64,000 nucleotides of DNA from Geosiphon pyriformis uo1 (GCA_016748015.1 JAAOMT010000690.1:1-64000), one strand, 5' to 3'; shown: positions 11,927 through 25,472, numbered from the stretch's first letter. The notes: generated by a model not told the origin, from the sequence alone. A program made the numbers and translations.

Positions 11927-12818
11927 TGTTATAGATAATTATTTGGGGTTTGGAAACAAATAACAAATCTATAACTTGGTGCTCAATTGATATAATGGGA
12001 TTGGTTTTTGAAAATTTTGGTTGAGTTTTTTATATAATGAACAGAGATTTAAGTATTGTTTTATCTGTAGTTTTCCAGAATTGCAATTCCATTAAATTTC
12101 TTTTTCAGTTTGGTGGTCAGCAATCCTCTGGTAAGTAATCCTTAAATCTAAGTGTCTACTCTTTTGCAGAGATTTTTTATCAAACAATCCTTGATGTTAA
12201 TAACTCAGTGCTTTAATTTTTTAATTAATTAGTAAATCCACAATAAAACAAAAGAAAAAAAAAGAAATAAAAGAAATAATAAAAATAATGAAAAAAGAAA
12301 TAAAAAGATAAGTCAAGACAAGAAAAAATTAATATCCTGTCAATAGTTGTGATTAAAAACTATTGGTTTAAGGTGGTTAAGTATTGGCAATTATCAATAT
12401 AAGTTTATTAATAGCACAAAGATAGATTATGATAATAACAAATATTTTATTAATATTTAATGTTTTCACTTTAAGTTATAGAATATTATCATATAAAAAG
12501 ATGAGTATAGGATTAAAACTAGAGATTCTAAAACTAAGAACTCTTATTCTAAGAATTCTTTTTTTTCTACTTTTAATACTACTGTTATATATACATAAAT
12601 TTTTCTATACAAAATTCCTTAAATTCCTTAATTCTCTTAGCCAAAAATCTTGGAATTCCTTAAAAAAAATCCTGCAATTCTGAAATCCTGCAATTTCTTA
12701 TACTAGAATTTTGTAATTCTGGAATCCTGAAAAAAATTCTGAAATTCTATTTTTACTGCATCTTATTCTAATTGGCTAATTTGTATTAATATATAATACT
12801 TATATTCTATAAGTAATA
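11927..12818 (-). repeat. 3' LTR of element C (~890 bp)
   Basis: Preceded on minus strand by PPT AAAAGAAGGAGA-TAA; termini TATTAC...TATAACA; homologous to the other LTRs. Confidence 0.88.
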
Positions 12819-12831
12819 TTATCTCCTTCTT

Positions 12832-13494
12832 TTAATATTGAGCTTCATCAAAATTTTCTATATCTTCTAACTTTTTTTTTTGATTAACTTCTGAACTTCT
12901 TTTTTGAGAATTATTTAAGCTATTTTGATCTGTAATTTTTCAAATTAGGTATTGGTCATTTTTTCGAATTGGTTGATGGTAATTATATCTATTGCTGGAT
13001 TAAGTAATATTGCTGTTCAATCTTGAAATTCTGCATATAGCTAATATATGGCTTGTGCTTGTGTAAACAAATTGTTTTTTTTTCACAAATTGTTTTAATT
13101 GTTATAGTATTGTTATGTTGAATAACTGTTTTGTTTTGTTAGTATATAAATTTTGAATATTTAGGTTTTATTCCAAATAATAATAACAAAAGTTTTTTAG
13201 AAATTGTTGTTTCTACCAACTCCAAGTTTTTTTTGTCAATTCTTAATATAGTACTGTTGTTTTTGGTATTTCTATTGACAACTTTACTTTTGCTATTATC
13301 TTGTTTATGGTGTTTTCTGGTTTTTCATATGTCTTTTATTGGGGTTTTTTTTTATTATCTCTGTACTGAATGGTTTGTTAATTAATTGTAATTTCCATGT
13401 TTTGTTGTTGGATCAGTTAAAATAATTGCTGTATAAGTAAGTAAATGTCATTGGTAATTTCTATCTTTATTATTGCTTTTGTTATATCTACCAT
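12832..13494 (-). pseudogene. Extra ORF3 of element C (unknown function), degenerate
   Basis: MVDITKAIIKIEITNDIYL...IY*LYAEFQD*TAILLNPAIDIITINQFEKM...NFDEAQY*; stop overlaps the PPT. Confidence 0.7.
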
Positions 13495-16424
13495 ATTTTT
13501 ATATACTATTCTGTTTAATTAAGTTGTTGTGTTTGTATTAATGACTATAATTGGTTCCAGATTTCATAAGATCTTATCTGGTTGGATTAGTATCTGTTGT
13601 ACTCTTAGTTGTGGAATATTACTGGTGAATAATAATGCTGTATTGTAATATGGCTTCAGTCAATCTTTATGTGCTGCTTTAACTAAGATTTTGTTATCTT
13701 ATCTTAGTTTATATGTTTTATTTCTTAGAATTTCTTCTATGTAAAATGGTCTGTTCTATTTGAAGTCAAATTTTTCACTCCATTGTTTTTCCATTTTGGT
13801 ATGATATAAGAGTATTTTGTTTCTAATTCTGAATTTAACTGGTTTATTTGTTAATTAGTTATTATGTCGTTTTTTCTGTTTTTTTTGTAATCTTTAAATA
13901 TTATCAGCTGCTTTTTGTTTTTTGTTTTCCAATGTTTCTATTAGTTTATATGTTTTTCTTAACAATGTTTTTTGGAAGTTGGCTTTTGTTATTGGTTCAG
14001 TTGGATATGTATTAACTTTTATCTCAACTAATAATGTTGCTGTTCTACTATAAACAAGTTTAAATGATGTTGCTTGTGTGGTATCTTGCTTTATTGTCTG
14101 ATAAGCAAATAATATTAATGATATAAACAAATTCTATTTGTCTTAGTTTGCTTGAGTGATTTTGGTAATTGCTTCACACAATGTTCTGTTGAATTTTTTA
14201 ATTAAATTATTTGTTTGTGGATAATATAATGATAATAATAGTTTCTTGATTTCAAATTTTTGGCTTAATTTTATTAATGTTCTGTTTACAAAGTGAGTTT
14301 TTTAATCTGATAATAATTTTTTTGGACATTTATGTTGACAAATTAATCTTGATAAATAAATTTAACTACAGATTCTGCATCTGCTTTTTGAATTGCTTTT
14401 GTCTCTAGCCATTTTGTGAGATAGTTTATTGCTACTGCTATATAACAATTGCCATTGCTGGTTATTGTTAATAGTCCAACTAAGTCAATTCCAATTTGAT
14501 CAAATAGTTGTTCCACTTTAATTGGTTTTAGTGGTTTATTGAGTTTTGTTCCTTCTTTTCTCTGATAAGCATCACAATTTTAAACATATTAGATAATATC
14601 TAGATATATTGATGGCCAATAATATTTTTTTCTGGTTTTTTCTATGATTTTTTCTTTATAAAAATGTTCTGCTGTTGGATCTAAATACATGTTGTATAAT
14701 ATTGTTTTTTTTTTTGGTTTTATAATTATTCTGAATAATTGATTTATATAATATATTTTAGTAAATAATAAAATATTTTGATTGTTGTTTTATGCTGTTT
14801 TGTTTCTTTTGAGATAATTTTTTCTTAAACTGTTAAGTATTAATATAATGTTAGAATTGTAAATATTTTTGTGTGTTTATTTTTTGTTATATTTTTGGGT
14901 TAAAATGTTCTTAGATTTGTTTTATTTATAATAAACTATTAGCATTTTTGTTTTTTGTTTTTTTTTAATATGTATAGTATAATTAAATAGTAATAATACT
15001 AATTTCTATCTTGCATAGCAGTTATCTGTGAATTCTTGTTTCTGGATTGGTGTCAATCTTTTGTAATTAGTATACACATCAAACTTTTGATTCAAGTATT
15101 TTTTTTATTTGATAACAGCCCAATAGATAGCCAAATATTTTAGTGCTAAAGTTTCATAATTTTTTTCTGCTGAACTTAAGCTTTGGTTGGTATATATTAC
15201 TGAGTATTTGTTTTTATCTGGTCTTTTTTGAGACAATACAGCTTTCAATACTTGACTTGATGCATTGGTGGTAATAATAAATGGTTTACTATGATTCAAA
15301 TAGATCAATACTGGAGCTTAAATAAGCTTTCTTCTTAAAATATCAAAAGTTTTTTGTTGGGTTTTCATCTATTTGTATTTCACATTTTTGGCTTGGAGCT
15401 AATAAAGTGGTTGAGCCAGTTTAGAGAAGTTTTGGATAAAATGGCAATAGTATTCAGCAAATTTCAAAAATGCTCTTAATTTTGTGAGATTTATTGGTAT
15501 TGGAAAGTTCTTAACAATTTTAATCTTGTTTGGATCTGTTTTAATGTCATTTTTATTTATGATATGTCCCAAAAATTTCAGTTCTGTTTTGCCAAAAAAA
15601 CATTTGTTTGCATTTAGTATTAACTTAGCTTTCCTTAATCTTTCAAACACTTGTTAAAGATAATAGAAATAATTATTAGATATTCTGGAAAACACATTAA
15701 TATTATCTATATAGACTATTACTGATTTCTATAGTAATTCAGTATACATAATTTTTATAAGCTATTGATAAGTTACTGGCATATTCATTAAGCCAAATGG
15801 CATAATATTGAATTCAAAATTCTTTTCTTGTATAGTAAATGCTGTTTTCTCTTTGTTAGCTGAATTTATGGCTACTTATTAGTAACCACTATCTATATCT
15901 AATATAAAGAACCATTTTTTTTCTTCAAAAGCATTGAATAATTTTTGGATTCATGGAGTTGGATAACTATTTTCACAAGTAATGCTGTTAAGTTTTTTAT
16001 AATCTACACAAAAGTGGATCTTTTCATTTTTCTTCTAAACTAGTATTATTGGTAATAATCATGAACTTATTGATAATTAAATTAATCTGTTGTTTAATAT
16101 TCTGTTGATTTTTTGTTAGATAATTTTATGGCTAACTGTTAGTATTCAGTATGCTTATTGTTTGATTGGCATAGTATTTCCAGTTTTAATTTGATGTTAG
16201 ATTATATTAGTTCTGTTAAATTTATTTTCACTCACAAAAATATTGGTAAAATTATTGAGTAATATTTTGAGCTTTATGTGTTAAAATGGGTCTAAGTTTC
16301 CCAAATTTATTTGGTCTAATTGTTCTGGTTAGAGCAAATAACATTCTTCACATTTGTATATGGTTTGTCCTGTAATATCTACATATCTACACAGTTGTGG
16401 AAAATCTGAAATAGTACTTGGTAG

Positions 16425-17239
16425 TATTACAGGTGATTATTTGGGATCTCAAATCAAATAACAAATCTGTAACTTGGTGCTTAATAGCTAATATGATTGA
16501 TATTATTTGAAGGTTTTGGTTGAATCTTTTGTATAATGAACAGAGATTCAAGTGTTGTTTTATTTGTCACTTCTCAGAATCACAATTCTGTCAAATTTTT
16601 TTTTCAGCATAATAGTCAGTAATCTTTCTGGTAAGCTATCCTCAATTTTTGAGTGTTCTACTCTTATTCTTGTGTCTTTTATCAGTTACTTTGATGTCAA
16701 TAATTCTATGTATTTAATCTTTAATCAATTAGTAAATAATAATAAAACAAAAAAAAATAAAAAAAATAAAAAAAATAAAGAAATAAACCAAGACAAAAAA
16801 GAGTTAATATTCTGTTAATAGTTATGATCAAGAGCTATTGGTCTAGTGTAGTTAAGTATCAATTACTATTAACATGAAATGTTAATAGCAAACAGTAGAT
16901 TATGATTAAAATAAATATTTTTATTAATATAAAATGTTAAAACTTGGTGGTTCTAAACTAAAAATTCTAGCTAAAAAATTCTGTTCTTTCTGTTTTTAAT
17001 ACTACTGCTATATATACATAAATTTTGTTATATGAGATTCTTTGAATTTCTGGAATCCTGTAATTTCTCAAGAAGAATCCTGCAATTTTGGAATCCTGCA
17101 ATTCTTTATACTAAAATTCTGTAATTCTGGAATCTTGTGATTTCTTTGAGAGGAATTCTGGAATTTCACTTTTATTGTATTTTATTCTAATTGGCTAATT
17201 TATGTACTAATATATAATTCCTATATTCTATGAGTAACA
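16425..17239 (-). repeat. Solo LTR (815 bp) of the same family, no target-site duplication
   Basis: Plus strand TATTACA...GAGTAACA; full-length homology to 11927-12818; no PBS or PPT adjacent; flanks GGTAG and ATATA differ. Confidence 0.85.
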
Positions 17240-17272
17240 ATATAACTGGCTATTTGGCCAATTAAAACTATA

Positions 17273-18800
17273 CTATACAGTTATATTAACTATAATATCT
17301 TTAACTGTATTAGCAAAAAATAAATAATCTGTTCTTGATATGAAACTAATAACTTAATCCTCTTCAATTTCCAACAACTAAGTAATACTATCTACAATTC
17401 TGGCTAGAAGACTATGAATGACATCAAACAAAAAATTATTTTTATCTAACAAATCTTTATAATTTATATTAGCCCAAAGTTTTAAATTAGATACTTATAT
17501 ATACTTTCTATAGCCAATAACCAAGCTTTAAACAAACTCAATTAACTTGGTTGTGATAAGCTTAATATTACTAAAAAAAGTTTTGATTTCAACCAACCAG
17601 TTTTTGAACATTAATTTTTTGCACAAGATTATATATAAACTTACATTAAAGACACATAAATTTAAAAATTACAGAATTACAAATGAAACTAGAATAGTAC
17701 TGATTAAAGATATCCAAAGAAAAAGTGCTTATTTAGCAAATTTTAATAGACAAACAGATTTAGACTGCAAATGAAATTGTGATCTAAAAATCTCATCTTT
17801 TTGTAACATATACACAACATGTTTGAATAACTGCAATTGTACAAACACTTTTTTATTATTATAAACAATTTTCTATAAAGTGTTTTTATTAAATATGTAT
17901 GTAAAACCAATATAATAAGCTTCTAATTAATATTTTTAATATGTGAAAAGTTTATAGCATTAAAACCAAGTCCAACTTTTCATTAAAAATATTTAATAGT
18001 ATTATATACTGTCTTAACAAAATGTTAAGCATTGCCAAATACCACCTTATTACCAGTTAGCAAAAAATTTTTCTTGATATTTACTGAAAAAACAAGTCTT
18101 AAATATACAATTTGATTAGCCAGCTTATTAGCAAAATCATTGTTTACAACTCCAGAATAGTTTTTTTTTATCTTAGTACAGTTTACAAAAATGTCTTTAT
18201 TTTTGACCAAGTTGTTAATATAGTGCTATTTAATTCAGCACTTATTATAAAAATCAAATATTTTTAACTTTAATTCAACTTAATATGTATCTATAGAAGT
18301 CTAACTATTAAAAAAAATCATAACATTGAAGAAAACTAAAACACATTTAAGAACCAATACTATAGCTTGTATTTTAATTAAAATTAATAAAAGCAAATCA
18401 TGAATATCCACTTTTGTATTCAAATTCAAATCAGAAAAGTAGATAACAGTATCATCAATTGTACTAATTGCATTAAAAAAACCAAAATTATTAATAGAAT
18501 CATTAGTATAAATTGAGATTATAAGCAATAACACATTTTTTAAATAAGAACAAACTATATTAAAGTTATTTGTATTAAATACACATATTTTGAAATTGGG
18601 TCTAAAAGCAGATAAAAAGTTACAAGCCAGACTACTATCTTTAATAAATTCCGAAATTTGTATAAACTAAAAAAAAATTGGGTTTTTATAATCTAATCAT
18701 TTCTAATAATAAAAATTCTTTTAAGAAAAGCAATTTTTATTACTATTTAAAAATTGGTTTTTAAAAATCATACCAAAATACAAAATTTATTAAATAAATA
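17273..18800 (-). mobile_element. Relic non-LTR retrotransposon (LINE) ORF2 3' part: RNase H, C-terminal Cys/His zinc motif, stop at 17273-17275
   Basis: IYTNDS (YTDGS), IKIQAIVLVL (ELQAI), KIKKNYSGVVNNDFANKLA (KVKGHSG..GN..AD.LA), LCICYKKMRFLDHNFIC; deviations are mostly G>A/C>T. Confidence 0.8.
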
Positions 18801-20343
18801 TTTATTAAAAAGTAAAAATAATATAAAACATAAATTATATTTGTATATAATATTTTATTAATAATACAAACTATTTTTTTATTTTTAAAAAAATAATGAT
18901 TAAGATATTATAAATTTGATATTGTATATTAAATTTCTATAAATTTAATTTATTTATTAAGTTTAATTTATTTTTAATTATTTTTATTATTAAACAATAT
19001 TGTTTTTTTTTGCTATTTATTAATGTATTATATCTAATTATAATATTAATATAATAGTTAAATAATTAAGTAGTTTGGTTTTAAATAATAATAATTTAAT
19101 TTGTATTATATATAAAATAAATAAATTTTTCTTTTAAATTTAATTTATATTGTTTTAATATAAATTTAAATAACAAATTATCTTTTAAAATAATATAATT
19201 TATATTTATAATTATAATATTTTATTAGAAATAAAATAAATAATAAATTTGTTAAAAAAGTTTAAAAAATTATAACTAAATATTAATTTATATTTATTTA
19301 AAAAATATATTATTATTGTTAATTAAACTATTTTTATTGTTTATAATTAAATTAATAAAAAAAATTTTAATTTTTAATTTTTAAAACTTTATATTTTAAA
19401 AAAAACAGATTTAAAAACAATAATAATAATAATATTATTTTTAAATAATATAATTTATAAATTAAAAAACAAAAATAACAAATAAATTATTTGTTAATAT
19501 TAATAAAAATATTATTTATTATTAAGACAAAATTTATTATTATTATTAAAACTATTTTTAATAAAAAAATAAGTTATTAATTAATTTAATATTATTAGTA
19601 TTTAATATTTTTTTAATATTTAAGATGGTTGTTTATTATTAAAAATCTTTATAAATATTATTTTTGCTTATAATATAGTTTAATTACAAACTGTTTTTGT
19701 CTAAATTAATTTTTATATATTAAATATAAATTATATACAATAATATATAACTAAGTATTTGAATTAATTAAAATTATATTATATTATAACTTTAAATTTT
19801 TTGTTAAATATTAAGTTTAAAAATCTATTTCTGATAGTTTTTATATATTTATAATAATCAGATATTTAATTATATATTGTATTTTTTATTTTTATTTTTA
19901 AATTTGTATTGTTTTTGACTTTTTTTTTGTAATATTTATTTATATTAATTTATAATATAAGTTAATAAAATATTTTATTAAGTTGATGTTTTTTTTGGTT
20001 ATTTTACTTTTCTAAAATTTGTTAATATATTTATATAACAACTTTTGTATTTAAAATTTTTTATTAAAAATTACATATGTGTTTTTTGTTTTTTAACTAA
20101 TTTTTTTTTAATTAGTTATATTTTTTAAAAAATATATTATATTTATATTGAAAGTTTTTTTAATCCGAAATTTTCATAGTTTTAAATATAATCTAATTAT
20201 AATTATTTTTTAATTAAATTTGTGCTGTATTTAAAAGTATAATTTTAATCTTTTATGTAATTATATTTAATATATTCTATATTAAAGTATTTTTTATTAT
20301 GCAGTTTTTTTTTAATATTACTAAAAATATATTATATAAGACT

Positions 20344-20382
<39 letters not shown>

Positions 20383-20875
20383 AACTAATTATCAAATATT
20401 TTTTTTAATTTAAAGTTGTTGTTTAAATATTATACAAATAATATTTTTTTAAATTAATTTATTTGTTTTTATTGTAATTTTTTTACTTTAATTTTACTTA
20501 ATTACCAAAAAATTTTTCTTTATTATAATTATTTTCATCTGTTAATACATTTTTAATTCATAATTCCTATTTAATTACGTTTAATAAAACATTTAAAAAT
20601 ATTAATTTGTTTATTATAAATTTATTTAATATTATTGATAATTTAACATTTAAAAATAAAAATATAAAATATCTTTGTTATAGTTTTTATTAAATAACAT
20701 TAAAAATTTGATATTAATATATACAAATATGAATAATATTTATATTTTAATAATTTTTTAATAAAACTCAAAATAATATAAAAAAAAAGTGAAATTGTTA
20801 AAAACAAAAAATATTTATCCAATTTATAATCATTTAAAATGTGCATTTTATAAAAGTAGTTAAAATTTATTTATG

Positions 20876-20911
<36 letters not shown>

Positions 20912-21300
20912 TTTATAACTAAAAATCTTTTTTAAAACCAAAAATTTTAAACTTGATTTCAAATAAAAATTGTTGATTAAAATTGTTATTTTCAGTTTAT
21001 TATTATTATTATTATTATTTAGCTATTTTGATAAATTAATAAAAAAAAACATCTTTTTTAATGTAAAAGTAAATTTTTGAACTTTATTATATCAAACTTT
21101 ATTCATGTTTAACTTAGATACAATATGTTTTTTAACAAGTTATTTATTTTGAATTGTGATATCAAAATATTGAATTATTCTTTATTTTATTTCAGTTAAC
21201 ACTGCTAATTTATTAAAAATTTCTAATTATTTTTAAATCACTAGATTTCATTATTCATAAATTACTTTTTTTATTCTTAAACAATTTGTGTTATTGATAT
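18800..21300. other. Hyper-AT tract, probably the eroded upstream part of the LINE
   Basis: Almost only A/T; continuous with the recognisable LINE relic. Confidence 0.5.
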
Positions 21301-24004
21301 TAAGGGTTTTTAACATGTAAACATCAATTTATCACTTTTATAAAAAAAATCACCTATTACAGCTTGATAAAAGTAACATATTACATGTAGGTTTTGGTCC
21401 AAGACTTTAAAGTGATAATATACTCGTGGGTTACTCTTTAGGTAAAAATAGAAATTCTAGCTCAAAAAGAACCAAATTAATCAATAGGAATTGATTCTGC
21501 AAAATCTTTAATTAAATGGTATTACGATATAATTTGGTTTGTCTATTCGTGCATTTATTTGAAGATGCTAAATTCCATACAGCTCAACACTGCGTAAATT
21601 TTCGGGGAATATTTCTAATTTAGTAATCAGTGATTATTTACCGAAATTAACGAAATTATTCCCTGCACAATAAACCATTATAGATTTTTTGATCAGAAAT
21701 AAAAGGAAAGTACATTAGTAATTTAGTGAACACACTGGCTAATTCTCTATTCGTTATTAACAGATCAAGCCTGTAATTAACATTGGAATTGGGTAAAAGA
21801 AAGTGTTCTTACCATAGTGAACATAATTATTTTTTAAATACAAAGTTTTTTCTTGAAGACTAGTTTAAGGTTTGTTTTTTTTTGAAGAATTGTTATGGCA
21901 AAAAGTATTATTTTAATTTAATTATTAATAATTAATGAAATAATTAAATTCTCATTGATCAGACGGCGTAGCCTCGTGGAATAATTTAAAAATGTGACAA
22001 TTATTCACTGCGAATTAATATTTTTGATAAAGTTACCTTCCTTTTTCGCAATTGAGGACACCTTAAAATTGGTCACCAGTATTTAATTCACTAAATGATC
22101 GAATGAAATGCATTTTAGCAGAGAACGTGTGTATCTTTTACGTGTTCCTCTTACGTCCATCATGTTTTTAACGTTTAGAATTGAAATAATGGTGATACGA
22201 TTTGGGCTTTAAGGATCAACGTCACGTCATTTGTGGCAGAAATTATACTTTGATTTTCGTATCACTCATGGGGGATTTCACATAGCTTAATCACACGTCA
22301 TATATAGGAAATTGAAGGAACTCCGTATAGAGAATTAATAAAGGTGGAATTTTTATTGTAATTCATCAAAAGCTGAGAAAACTTTTTAAAATCAACAGGT
22401 TTTTAATGTTAAATCATCGCATGGTATAAATATAACTGATCATCAATTTCATAGTACATGTATTAATGTTTAAGAGAGATCTCAACGATACAAACACATG
22501 TACAAATATAGAAATAAACTGGTTATGTTTGCTTTTCTTGAAATTTAGTCTCGTTCAGTCGTCGTCGTCGTCGTCTCTCAAGGGTTTCTTTGATTGGAAA
22601 TTTGGAGATTGGAAAATCCAAAAAAAAAATATTTTTCCTCCATTTGACGGGATCCTAGATTTGAACTAGATTCCTTTTTCAAAACAAATCTTTGCGAAAT
22701 GAAAAGTTATGCTCGTGAAATTGTATGATTTAAAATATGGGAATGACTAGAACTAATAACTATTTTGAATTAATTATTTATAAATTAAAATTTCTAATTA
22801 TACAATATATCTAGACCATTAACTCATGTTACAAAATAAGATTACTTATTAATTAGCGCAGATAGGTGAACAATAAACGGTAGAACGGTAGAATGGTTGA
22901 ATTTTTTGTCTTTGTTTTTTTTTTGTGAAAGGTTATACATATTTCTTGAATAATACAATTCTGTGGTTAAATATTAGTGATTTTAAGACTTGATAATTTT
23001 GAAGATTAAAAATAAGGGTATTTAACATTTACAAATAATTCAGTTAATATATATATAAATATATATATTTATTGTGACTTTTTCAAAATTGTGGGATAAC
23101 CTCGAATTTAGAACTATATGAAATAATGTTGGGAATAGGGTTTAAAAAAGCAACATCTCCAAAAAGAAAAAATAGTGACCTATACATGATGTGAGAAACT
23201 AAAAAAGAAATTCAATTGGAAAATTTATCAGTCATCCTTTATTTTTCGAGTAAAAACTTTAAAGATTCTAATTTTAAAAACTATGGAATTATAATTTGTT
23301 AGATTTTTCGTATAAAAAAAAAACTTATTTCTTATAAGTATTCGATTCTCTGAATTAGAAAGAAAGAAAGAAAGAAAGAAAGATTAAATTTATAAAACCA
23401 AATCGAAAAATAATAACTAATAAAGTAGGGGAATTTAATAATTTATTTGGTATGATTTTATTTTGGACATGAATACAACGTTTCTGTTCTGTTTGATGTT
23501 CTTAATTGATTCAACCCCTTAATGTCAACTAGTTGATTATAAATTAAGCCACATAAAAAATAATAGTAATTAATAATAATTACATTTATCAATTCATCCC
23601 AATTATAAATTAATACATTTTTAAATGTGATCAGATCTAAAAAAATATTAAAACAAATTTTAACACATTAATAATAAAAATTATAAAAAATCAGATTAAA
23701 AAAAAATGAAGAATTAATTAGTTAAAGAAATATATATATAAATATAGAAATAATAAGTAAAAATTTTATTTTTATTTTTATTTTTATTTTTCAAAAATTC
23801 AATAAAGTTTCAATATTCATGTAATAATACAATATAAAATTATGCAAAATTTAAATATCAAAAGATTTATTAAAATAATATTTATGATTTTTAAATATTA
23901 AAAATTTTATTTCTTAATATAATTACATACATAATTTTTTCTTATCATAATTAATTATAATATTGTTTTTAATTAAATAAAAAATATAATTGATAAAATA
24001 ATAT

Positions 24005-24036
<32 letters not shown>

Positions 24037-24989
24037 TAATCAATGATTTTCCAATTTTTAGTCATTGAAAATTATTACATAAAGTGATTATTCACACTTA
24101 TCATTTTTAATCAATATATTCTTTCAGTTCTTTAAGTTTTATACAATAATTTATCGAAACAATACTTTTATTTATTTATTTTTTTGATAAAAATAAATAA
24201 CTTTATGAATCATTAAAAATTAATAATCATAAAACTATTTTTGATGCTCAAAATCTTGCCCAGACAAGCTTTATTTAATATATTGAATTCAAAGTTTCTC
24301 CTTTTAATAATATAAGTCAAAATTAGTGCTGACTAATGATAAAGTAAAAGGGTCACTCCTATCTATTCAGAGTTTTAGAAATTTCCCAAAGAATCATATC
24401 CAATTAGTGATTGATCACATTCATGTCAAAATATTCATCTTAAACCAAATCCTTTAATTAAAATTCTTTACAAATTAGATTTGAGAAAGAGAAAAACTTG
24501 ATTAGAAACTGACAGTTAGAAACAAACTTTTAATTTTCTGGAAAAAATATAAACTATGTTATTTTTCACGGGGATGTGTGTCAAGTTTGACGATAAATAA
24601 TGCCAAAAAACAAATGTCAATTATTGGGAGAAAAACAAGCAAATAAGTGTGATAAGAACCTTTTTGATTATTAAAATGTTAAATATTATTAAAGCACGGA
24701 CATGTATTTTTTTTTCGATGAATGTTTCCAAAATATTTTTCACGATAAATATTTTTTTAGGGTCTTTAGGATAAGAAATAGAGTTTTCTTTTTATTTTTT
24801 TTCAAGATCAAACATTTATTGATCAATTTAAAATTTGGGGGGGGGGGGGGGGGTGGGGAGGCAAGTAAACATTCTAAAATTTTTCACTACCCTTGAAAAA
24901 GTGATATTTCAAAGAGCTCGATCCGAAATACAATTATAATTTGCTAAATTAATCATAGAATGAAAGAAAATATATATTCATAATATGTG

Positions 24990-25021
<32 letters not shown>

Positions 25022-25331
25022 TTACCGTCATTGCATATTATAAATATGTAATTATTATTTTTTTCAAAAATTATGGGGTCATCATAAATGAATTGTCGTT
25101 TTGATTGATCACCGATCTGTCAAAATATTTTTTGAAAATCAGTTCGTCGGAATTTCGGAGATTTTTAGGCTTTTTCGCGGATATATTAATTCTTTTTGTT
25201 TGTTTTTTTTCTTCTATTTTTGAGCTTCGTCATTGAAATCACAATCTCTTTAAGAAACAATCTCAAAAATTTCCATAACTAGTTTAAAACAACCACTATC
25301 TATCGTTTTCGGCGTTCTCCCAATTAATTTT

Positions 25332-25334
<3 letters not shown>

Positions 25335-25400
<66 letters not shown>

Positions 25401-25420
25401 NNNNNNNNNNNNNNNNNNNN

Positions 25421-25472
<52 letters not shown>
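25335..25472. other. Poly-A run with a 20-N assembly gap (25401-25420); other gaps at 30957-30976, 32414-32433, 33439-33458, 43274-43384, 50209-50553
   Basis: N runs flanked by homopolymers or simple repeats. Confidence 0.95.

Larger units (their letters stand above)
11927..16424 (-). mobile_element. Ty3/Gypsy element C, 5'-truncated and degenerate: RT, RNase H, integrase, ORF3, PPT, 3' LTR
   Basis: FGKTELKFLGHII, PFIITTNAS (eroded TDAS), YIDN (eroded YIDD, ~15702-15713), integrase core, PPT 12822-12833. Confidence 0.92.

Noticed and set aside
17040-17168. Heat-shock elements (TTCnnGAA) in LTR repeats
   Set aside because: Only two-unit matches; no three correctly spaced nGAAn units seen
16425-17239. 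Solo LTR as the true 5' LTR of element C
   Set aside because: No PBS, it joins mid-pol exactly at the LTR end, and it is clearly diverged from C's 3' LTR
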